Shown in pieces: positions 58,601-64,000 of a DNA stretch of 64,000 bases; the first letter of the stretch is position 1; every line of letters begins with the position of its first letter. The translations under genes and the position numbers were made by a program. Below the pieces are notes generated by a model. That model worked only from the letters and a program-made list of their open reading frames with translations. It searched no databases and was not told the DNA's origin. The DNA is taken from contig JBCLBO010000001.1 of NCBI GenBank assembly GCA_038916785.1, positions 1,676 through 65,675 of the forward strand, read 5' to 3'. The stretch comes from Candidatus Hydrogenedentales bacterium. Lineage in GTDB: Bacteria; Hydrogenedentota; Hydrogenedentia; Hydrogenedentales; GCA-2746185.

Positions 58601-58988
58601 CGGCATGGCCGCCGGCCCGGGTGCCCCGGCGCAACACACACACATCCGGCCGCCCTTCGTCATTCCGGCGACCTTGAATGAAATCCTCGCCGCGATCGAT
58701 GCCAAGCAGGAAGACCTGCGCCAGCGGATCGCCGCGCAAGACTGGTACACCCTGTATCAGCCCGCGCTGGATATCTCCGATCTCGTCGGCGCGCTTGCGA
58801 AACTGGATGCAGGGGTCGATCCGCGCCAGAAGGGCCGGCTAAAGATCATGCTCGGCGCCGTGAACCGCTCCGTGAATAAGATGGACCGCGCCGGGGACAC
58901 CGCCGATACGCCCCGGATTCAATCCGCCTTCGACGAACTCGCCGGAAACCTGCGCGAAATCCACGCGATGTTCCCCGCCAAAAAGTGA
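55641..58988 (+). CDS. Secreted 1115-aa multidomain protein with four regions: a heme-c domain, a ligand-less PHM/DBH-like domain, 4 tandem ~95-115-aa modules, and a helical C-terminal domain
   Basis: Signal peptide MKPKISWARIGIVAAAAGAAALAASLA. Heme site CMPCHH. MPPW and SWIRGG motifs are shared with the 59714 gene. ATG at 55641. The ORF-track N-terminus (55176-55640) overlaps the upstream gene and is S/R-rich. Confidence 0.8.
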   Translation: MKPKISWARIGIVAAAAGAAALAASLATLERADAHTRITTGVTWSEYIRPIFIQKCMPCHHPGGLAPDYVNLTTYGTDTVPGARAWAAQIEDEIMLGRMPPWNADERFGNFSNSRSLTKDEKDLVISWIRGGGPQGPLRNLPPPEEFARPEWTFGQPDVVVGLPQGHVVPADQRFDAAEATLAVPIEQDTFITGYEFLAGDPQNVSRVTAWLHDPDGFDPQPIEMEVTSGYDPYAPVTEREKTHLRPMPRGPHFLGQWVKGDGPVLFPETAGRKLYAGSSIQLRVEFVRPDGADWTKEIRDNTRLGLFLGAPNEEFDLLVESRLIESNPFTVLAGAKEQHRIEYTLEENVHLLGIEPHLGPVATQMKIELFYPDGMARTIVWVSHYQQRWATSYHFAAPVAAPKGTRVVISGTFDNTKDNANNPNDPPVDVKTGPGYLDERLYAYLHYQLDDHLKLQPVAVTKVAPEGGGMLGGLGGDILTAAGAGRSVQETTAQVAESLESSTAPERVRIASNGYHQVQGMMRRPGAFSLYVYDDRMEPIDPRNFAGELLLDGGARTVPLARYTPGDDFLSAWLDPSFPQSFVAKLQMGGVEETFDFAFAAPSPEVTGADPGTKAAFIQPPHGGWLESIEGTSYQVEAALPDNGDLRFYFYGPGMKPVDPRNFRGEIEIVPDAQQSSIKSVIRLAQPSPRAEYLAAKVSPELPLKVRASFAVGNGRRDFEFAFDEKSEAPWDAAADASPAQPVILGPHGSPELYPSANGFHFIEAALPRPGELRLYFYDAWKNPVDPGLFTGEIELNGVKQPLVRPVPGDEFLAAFHPPQTPLEVNASLWIGGKEEKFRFRFSDVTLDPAQQRDMAIAHMNHTPLHGGQFFMADNLFHHVEGTLPAPGEFRMYFYDDFRRPIDPRNFSGSARIEHLDENSGDVTEEIFPLELLRPGDGFLTAKIPASMPATLYASATLGDVDKRFDFQFNQVTVDTGGPKQMPGMSGMAAGPGAPAQHTHIRPPFVIPATLNEILAAIDAKQEDLRQRIAAQDWYTLYQPALDISDLVGALAKLDAGVDPRQKGRLKIMLGAVNRSVNKMDRAGDTADTPRIQSAFDELAGNLREIHAMFPAKK

Positions 58989-59138
58989 CCCCGGCCGCTA
59001 TTTATGGCCGCCGTCGGGAACTCGACCGCGTCGTCCGGTGTTTTATCCACTACAGGCCGCCATCTACTCGTGGGGCGTGTCTTTTGTAAGTCTATAGCGT
59101 GAGGCGGGTTATGGGATTGCCCGGCGCCGGTGTCCGGC

Positions 59139-59167
59139 TTGACGCTTGGCCCGCGATTCCGTATCAT
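59139..59167 (+). promoter_or_regulatory. Candidate sigma-70-type promoter (TTGACG - 17 nt - TATCAT)
   Basis: -35 TTGACG at 59139-59144 and -10 TATCAT at 59162-59167, about 70 nt upstream of the 59240 start. Confidence 0.35.
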
Positions 59168-59239
59168 TGGGCCTCGCGCTCGTGTAGGTACAGTGCGCAA
59201 GTTCAACGGCGGCCCGCCCGGCCGATTCTGGGAGGAAAC

Positions 59240-59635
59240 ATGAAGCGTAAGTTCTCGGTGTTGTGTGCATCTGCGGTAGTGGCGGTCTTGGCGGGCGCGT
59301 GGGTGTACGCGCAGGACGCGGCGCCCAAAGGCGAGAAAGGCATCATCATCGGCGACCTCGTGGAGATCGGCACCTTCGCCATGCAGGGAAATACGCCCGA
59401 ACTCGTCGCCGCGCACAAGGCGCGGATCGAACTAGGGTTCCCCGTTGGCATCGTGGAAGAAGAGACCGGCGACGTGTGGGTCTGCGTGTACCGCAACAAC
59501 GCCCCGGCGTCGCATTTGGAACTCGCGAACAAGCACGTCGCCGAATATGTCGGCAAGAAAGTCACCGTCCAAGGTCTGAAGTACAAGGCCAAGGGTGTCA
59601 ACGTTATTCGGATGAGCGTGATCAGCGAATATTGA
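59240..59635 (+). CDS. Small secreted protein (131 aa), unknown function
   Basis: Signal peptide MKRKFSVLCASAVVAVLAGAWVYA. GGAGG lies 5-6 nt upstream of the ATG at 59240. No family recognised. Confidence 0.6.
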   Translation: MKRKFSVLCASAVVAVLAGAWVYAQDAAPKGEKGIIIGDLVEIGTFAMQGNTPELVAAHKARIELGFPVGIVEEETGDVWVCVYRNNAPASHLELANKHVAEYVGKKVTVQGLKYKAKGVNVIRMSVISEY

Positions 59636-59713
59636 TCCGCTTGAAATACCATTAAGGGCACGAGGCGCCGGCAACGGCGTAAACGCGATCGGAATTCAAA
59701 CGGGAGAATAATT

Positions 59714-60967
59714 ATGCATCAAGCACCGAGACTAGCCGCGCTGTGGGTCGCGTTGGCGGGCGCATCCTTCGCGGGCGCGGCGAGCGCGGAAATCACGTTC
59801 AACAAAGACGTGCTTCCGATCCTGCAACAAAACTGCCAGACCTGCCACCGCCCCTCGGGGACCAATCTCTCCGGCATGGTGGCCCCGATGTCGCTCATGA
59901 CCTACGAGGAAGTCCGCCCGTGGGCAAAGGCGATGGTCAAGGCCGTAAATGAGAAAGTAATGCCGCCCTGGGACGCGGCCGAACACTTCAACGGCGTCTT
60001 CAGTAACGAGCGCACGCTCACCGCGGGCGAAATCGCCATCCTGAACGACTGGATCAACCAAGGCGCCAAGCGCGGCAATCCGCAGGACGCCCCCGCGCCG
60101 ATTCACTTCGCCGACACCGGCTGGAACTTCGGCAACCCCGACCTCGTCGTGGACTTCCCGGAACCCTTCTTTGTGAAGGATGAGGTCCAGGATCTCTACG
60201 AGAACATCACCACGAAGCTCACCGCGGCGCAGCTTCCGGCCGATCGCTGGATCCGCAGCGTCGAATTCAAACCGGGTAGCGATGTCGTGCATCATATTAT
60301 CGGCCACGCCTCCACCGGCGGCGCCGCAGGCGATACGAGCCGCGGCATGATCGGCGGCAATGCGCCGGGCGCGGACCAGGCGCAGTGGGACGATGGCTTT
60401 GGAATGTTGCTAAAGAAGGACTCCGCCATCACCTTCGCCCTGCACTACCACAAGGAAGCTGGCCCGGGCACCGGCAAATGGGACAGCTCGCAGATCGGCC
60501 TCCAGTTCCACCCGGAGGGATCGAAGGTGACGCACCCGGTCACGACCTACCCGATCGGGCACGGCGGCTTCGAAATTCCGCCGAACCACGCGCACTGGAA
60601 AGTCGGTGCGTCGCACACCTTCGATGAAGACACACTCTTGCTCAATATGCTGCCGCACATGCACCTGCGCGGCGCGGCGGCCAAGTACACCGCGTACTAT
60701 CCCGACGGCGCTACGGAACTCCTTCTCGACGTGCCGCAGTGGGACTTCAATTGGCAGACGGGCTACAACTACAAGGTCCATAAGAACTTGCCCGCGGGTA
60801 CGCGCATCGAGATGGAGTTCTGGTTCAATAACTCGGCGGAGCGCGGCGAGGCGGCCGGTTTCAATTCGAACGAGGCAATCCGCTTCGGCGGCCCGACCAC
60901 GGACGAAATGGACCTCGCATGGATCACCGTGGCCCCGAAGAAAGAACAAGAGATTCCCGGCGACTAA
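59714..60967 (+). CDS. Secreted heme-c domain fused to PHM/DBH-like (copper type II ascorbate-dependent monooxygenase fold) domain with full Cu-ligand set
   Basis: Signal peptide. Heme site CQTCH. The candidate CuH set is VVHHIIGH plus ALHYH. The candidate CuM set is PHMHLRG plus GGPTTDEMDLAWI, which compares with the GGTSSDEMC motif I recall from PHM. GGGAG lies 7 nt upstream of the ATG. Confidence 0.8.
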   Translation: MHQAPRLAALWVALAGASFAGAASAEITFNKDVLPILQQNCQTCHRPSGTNLSGMVAPMSLMTYEEVRPWAKAMVKAVNEKVMPPWDAAEHFNGVFSNERTLTAGEIAILNDWINQGAKRGNPQDAPAPIHFADTGWNFGNPDLVVDFPEPFFVKDEVQDLYENITTKLTAAQLPADRWIRSVEFKPGSDVVHHIIGHASTGGAAGDTSRGMIGGNAPGADQAQWDDGFGMLLKKDSAITFALHYHKEAGPGTGKWDSSQIGLQFHPEGSKVTHPVTTYPIGHGGFEIPPNHAHWKVGASHTFDEDTLLLNMLPHMHLRGAAAKYTAYYPDGATELLLDVPQWDFNWQTGYNYKVHKNLPAGTRIEMEFWFNNSAERGEAAGFNSNEAIRFGGPTTDEMDLAWITVAPKKEQEIPGD

Positions 60968-61070
60968 TACGGGTCGTGTATAGTTGAGGAAGTGGAGAGG
61001 GGTTCGGCCAGTACCGGGTCCCTCCCGATGGTCTTATCGGGTGCTGCGGCCCTGAGAAAGGTGAAGAACC

Positions 61071-62132
61071 ATGTACGCGCGAATTCAAGGGTGGAAATGG
61101 GCGGTGCTGGGCGTGGCAGCGCTAGGCGCGGCCTGGATGCCGGCGGCCCGCGCCGAAGCCCCAGTGCCCTCGAAGCTGGACACCTCCGAGGCCCGCGACT
61201 TCCTGGGCAAGTGGATCGTCGCCATCGACATGATGGGCCGCAAGATGGATCTCGGCCTCACGGCCGTTGACCTCGAGGGTAAACTCGGAGCGACCATCGA
61301 CTCCGAGCAGATGCCCGAGCCGCTGGCGATCGACGACATCTCGATCGACGAACGCGGGCGCCTGGTGCTCAAGTATCCGATGAAGTTCGGCCAGCAGGAA
61401 TTCAAAGTCACCGTCACCGCCGAAGTCGCCGCCGAAGGCCTCGAAGGCACCTTCGCCGAAGATAGCGGCCTCTTCAGCGCACCCTTCACCGCCGCACTCG
61501 CCACCGGCGACGACGCCGAGATCCGCGAGACCCGCAGCCGCAACCGGCGCAACGCCTCGAATTCCGTGCGTCTGCGATTCGGCGAAGAAAAAGTCAATAT
61601 CAATTTCCACCCGCTCGCGACCAGTTCCGAGGACTACAAGCGCCTGCAAGCAATCAAGGATGGCGAAATTTTCGAGTTCGTCGGCGGTCGCGCAACAAAG
61701 CTGATGACCGACGTGAACATGAAGTTCGCGCAGGCCGTCGTGAAAAAGGAAAACGCCGCGCCGAACTATCCCGGCGTCTACAGCCTGTGGATGCGAAAAA
61801 CGGCCGAGGGCTGGGACCTGATTTTCAACAACGAGTCCGACGTCTGGGGAACGATGCACAATCCGGACGCGGACGCCGCGACGATAAAGATCGAGTCCGG
61901 CGCCGCAACTGCGGCCTCCGACACATTCAAAGTCGAACTCGAACAAACCGCGAACGGCGGCGTCCTGCGCCTGGTGTGGGGCGATAAGCAATGGTCCGCG
62001 CCCTTCGAGGTCGAAGGCTTCGTCGCGCCGCCTGCGCCGCCGCCAGCGGCAGCACCGGCGGCTGCGCCCACCGCGCCCACCGCACCCGCTGCGCCCACCG
62101 CACCCGCTGCGGCCCCTGCCCCGGCTGGCTAA
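61071..62132 (+). CDS. Secreted protein with C-terminal DUF2911-like domain and Ala/Pro-rich tail
   Basis: Signal peptide ...AAWMPAARA. The C-terminal half (VRLRFGEEKVNINFHPL...GVYSLWMRKTAEGWDLIFNNESDVWG...FKVELEQTANGGVLRLVWGDKQWSAPFEV) resembles my memory of DUF2911. The tail is PAPPPAAAPAAAPTAPTAP. Confidence 0.6.
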   Translation: MYARIQGWKWAVLGVAALGAAWMPAARAEAPVPSKLDTSEARDFLGKWIVAIDMMGRKMDLGLTAVDLEGKLGATIDSEQMPEPLAIDDISIDERGRLVLKYPMKFGQQEFKVTVTAEVAAEGLEGTFAEDSGLFSAPFTAALATGDDAEIRETRSRNRRNASNSVRLRFGEEKVNINFHPLATSSEDYKRLQAIKDGEIFEFVGGRATKLMTDVNMKFAQAVVKKENAAPNYPGVYSLWMRKTAEGWDLIFNNESDVWGTMHNPDADAATIKIESGAATAASDTFKVELEQTANGGVLRLVWGDKQWSAPFEVEGFVAPPAPPPAAAPAAAPTAPTAPAAPTAPAAAPAPAG

Positions 62133-62194
62133 GGGAGTCTGAACGGAGCATACCGGGCCGATCGAAGGTCCAACCCAGTGAAATTGAAGGACGA

Positions 62195-62224
62195 GCCGGA
62201 GCGCATCCGGCCCGTTCTTTTTTT
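62195..62224 (+). terminator. Rho-independent terminator after the 61071 gene
   Basis: Stem GCCGGA/TCCGGC with loop GCGCA, followed by CCGTTCTTTTTTT. Confidence 0.6.
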
Positions 62225-62232
62225 GGCGAGGC

Positions 62233-63096
62233 TCAGGGCTTCGGTTGGGCGGGCGCGGGGGCCGCGTCGCCCTCTTTGGGCTGCTCTTCCCACCAGTTGT
62301 CGTCCGCGTAGCTGCGCTTTTCCTCGAGCTGCGCCGCGTACCACGCGTCGAAGGATTCCTGGATCTCGACGGTCACGAAGCCGCGCATCGTGTAGTGGTT
62401 GATGCCGCAGAGCTGTGCGCAGACGATTTCGAAGTCCCGGTCGGGTTTGCCGGTGCGCGCACGGAATTCCTCCGTGCTCATCGTCGGGCGGAATGACACC
62501 GGCACGCGCATGCCGGGGATCGCGTCCTGTTTCACGCGGAACTCCGGCAGGAAGAAACCGTGGATGACGTCCTTGGAGCCGAGTGAAATTTGCGTCATCC
62601 GCCCGAGCGGCAGGTGGAGCTGGTTGAGCGTGGTGATGTCGTCCGCGGAGGCCGGGTCGTTGTTGTCGAGGCCGAGCGGATTGAGCGCGTCGTCGATCAG
62701 CGCGGGGTCGGTGCGGCCATAGGCGCCGTCCGGCCCTGGGTAGTGTACGTTCCACTGGAATTGCTGCCCAGTGACGCGGACGATGAAAGGATTCTCGCGC
62801 GATGCGTCCGGTGCGGCGACGATTTCGTTGTGCCAGAAGGGCAGCGAGAATCCGGCGAGCAGCAGGCCCTCGGCGATGGCCATTAGCGCGACCAGGAGAT
62901 AGGGCAGGCGCGTGCGCAGGCCGTGATAGTCCGCGCGCGCGTGGCGCGAGCGCCGGAACCGCAGCAGCGCGGCCGCGAGCCATGCGCCCCAGCCGAGGAA
63001 GGCCGCGACCATCACCACATGGATGATGAGAATGAAGTGGTCGATCTGCGCGCCGTGCTCCGAGGCGATCAGCGGGAACCCGAGCCACCGGTTCAT
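62233..63096 (-). CDS. Heme-copper (cytochrome c) oxidase subunit II
   Basis: Two N-terminal TM helices and cupredoxin motifs DVIHGFFLPEFRVKQDAIPG. The CuA site is CAQLCGINHYTM (CxxxCGxxHxxM). The ATG overlaps the subunit I stop (ATGA). Confidence 0.9.
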   Translation of the reverse strand: MNRWLGFPLIASEHGAQIDHFILIIHVVMVAAFLGWGAWLAAALLRFRRSRHARADYHGLRTRLPYLLVALMAIAEGLLLAGFSLPFWHNEIVAAPDASRENPFIVRVTGQQFQWNVHYPGPDGAYGRTDPALIDDALNPLGLDNNDPASADDITTLNQLHLPLGRMTQISLGSKDVIHGFFLPEFRVKQDAIPGMRVPVSFRPTMSTEEFRARTGKPDRDFEIVCAQLCGINHYTMRGFVTVEIQESFDAWYAAQLEEKRSYADDNWWEEQPKEGDAAPAPAQPKP

Positions 63097-64000
63097 GCCG
63101 CGTCCCCCTCGGGCTCGGCCTGCGGGCTGAAGTCGCGCGCGGCGCCGGGTACGCTGTATTCATACGGCCCGCGGAACACGGCTGGCACGGTCTCAAAATT
63201 ACCGCGCGCCACCGGCGGCGAGGGCGCGGTCCATTCGAGCGTCGTCGCGTCCCAGGGATTGCGCTCCGTGCGTTTGCCGAAGAACGCGCTCCACGCGAGG
63301 TTGACGAGGAAAAAAATCTGCACCGCGCCGAGCGCGAAGGCGGAGAGCGACATGATCTCGTTCAAGACCGCCACATCCTGCACATACGCGTAGGTCGCTC
63401 CACCGTCATACAGGCGGCGCGACACGCCGTGGAATCCCTGCAACAGCATTGGGAAGAAAATCCCGTTCATGCAGAGAAGAGTCGGCCAGAAGTGCAGATG
63501 GCCAAGCACGGTATTCATGCGGCGCCCGGTGATTTTTGGGAACCAGTGGCAGATTCCGCCGAAGATGGCGAAGAGCGTGCCCGGCGCGACGATGTAGTGG
63601 AAGTGCCCGACGACGTAGTACGTGTCGTGCAGGTACACGTCCGAGATCGCGAGGCCGAGCGGCAGGCCCGTGAGCCCGCCGATGCCGAACATCGGCAGGA
63701 AGGCGATCGCGTAAAGCATCGGCAGCGGAAACCGAATCGCGCCGCCCCATAGCGAAGCGACCAGGATCGTCAGAAGCATCACAGAGGGGATCGAAATGGC
63801 CATCGTGGTGATTTCGAAGAAGGCGTTGATCGTCGTGCCCATCCCCGTGAGGTACATGTGATGCGCCCAGACGACGAAGGAAAAAAACCCGACCGCGAGG
63901 ACCGCCGCAACCGCGCCGCGATAGCCCCAGATCGGCCGGCGCGTGTTGTTCGCGATGATCTCGGCGACGATCCCCACCGCCGGCAGCACGAGCACATAGA
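63093..64000 (-). CDS. Heme-copper oxidase subunit I (C-terminal ~300 codons; 5' part lies beyond the window end)
   Basis: WAHHMYLTGMGTTINAFFEITTMAISIPS, YLHDTYYVVGHFHYIV and NPWDATTLEWTAPSPP are present. The reading frame is open to position 64000. Confidence 0.93.
   Translation of the reverse strand, partial: YVLVLPAVGIVAEIIANNTRRPIWGYRGAVAAVLAVGFFSFVVWAHHMYLTGMGTTINAFFEITTMAISIPSVMLLTILVASLWGGAIRFPLPMLYAIAFLPMFGIGGLTGLPLGLAISDVYLHDTYYVVGHFHYIVAPGTLFAIFGGICHWFPKITGRRMNTVLGHLHFWPTLLCMNGIFFPMLLQGFHGVSRRLYDGGATYAYVQDVAVLNEIMSLSAFALGAVQIFFLVNLAWSAFFGKRTERNPWDATTLEWTAPSPPVARGNFETVPAVFRGPYEYSVPGAARDFSPQAEPEGDAA

Overview
This is a bacterial chromosomal window that looks GC-rich (roughly 60-65% G+C by eye, not computed) and is almost fully coding on both strands. 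The gene content would fit a PVC-group or Verrucomicrobia-like organism: heme-c domains resembling planctomycete cytochrome c, a TIGR04073-like exosortase-associated protein, DUF1499, and many GTAG-headed REP palindromes. Taxonomy cannot be established from here. Core blocks are: DUF1499, FKBP, mutY, a GH3-like/PKD protein, a MoxR-AAA+/VWA pair, a MATE pump, gyrA-gyrB-DUF721-recF, HDOD, HisJ-type phosphatase, SMP-30, PP2C, exbB-exbD-tonB-like, argB-argJ-argC, rarA, a PilZ/L,D-transpeptidase fusion, yihY, recD2, VOC plus enoyl-CoA hydratase, an ECF sigma/anti-sigma/Spy-like trio, PIG-L, TetR, a dapA-like gene, and heme-copper oxidase subunits II and I (I is cut by the window end). There are two accessory or mobile regions. 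(i) A lower-GC island of about 3.5 kb (about 36.7-40.3 kb) carries a truncated integrase and an AhdI-like R-M module, consisting of an M-S fusion methylase, a controller HTH protein and a candidate nuclease. (ii) A 2.36-kb IS1595-family element (47530-49891) has imperfect terminal inverted repeats and an intact 8-bp target duplication, and carries a Panacea (DUF4065) toxin-antitoxin passenger. Four loci are the most unusual. The first is a same-strand periplasmic cluster (55.6-62.1 kb) built on two heme-c-fused PHM/DBH-like copper monooxygenase paralogs; one has the full ligand set, the other has lost the ligands and gained four tandem modules. The second is a Tat-signal TPP enzyme paired with a diheme cytochrome c. 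The third is the PilZ-TM-YkuD fusion. The fourth is several families of GTAG-headed REP/REPIN palindromes filling the intergenic DNA. No rRNA, tRNA or CRISPR array was recognised. All family calls come from motif recognition by eye. No searches or computations were run, and start codons are best guesses.
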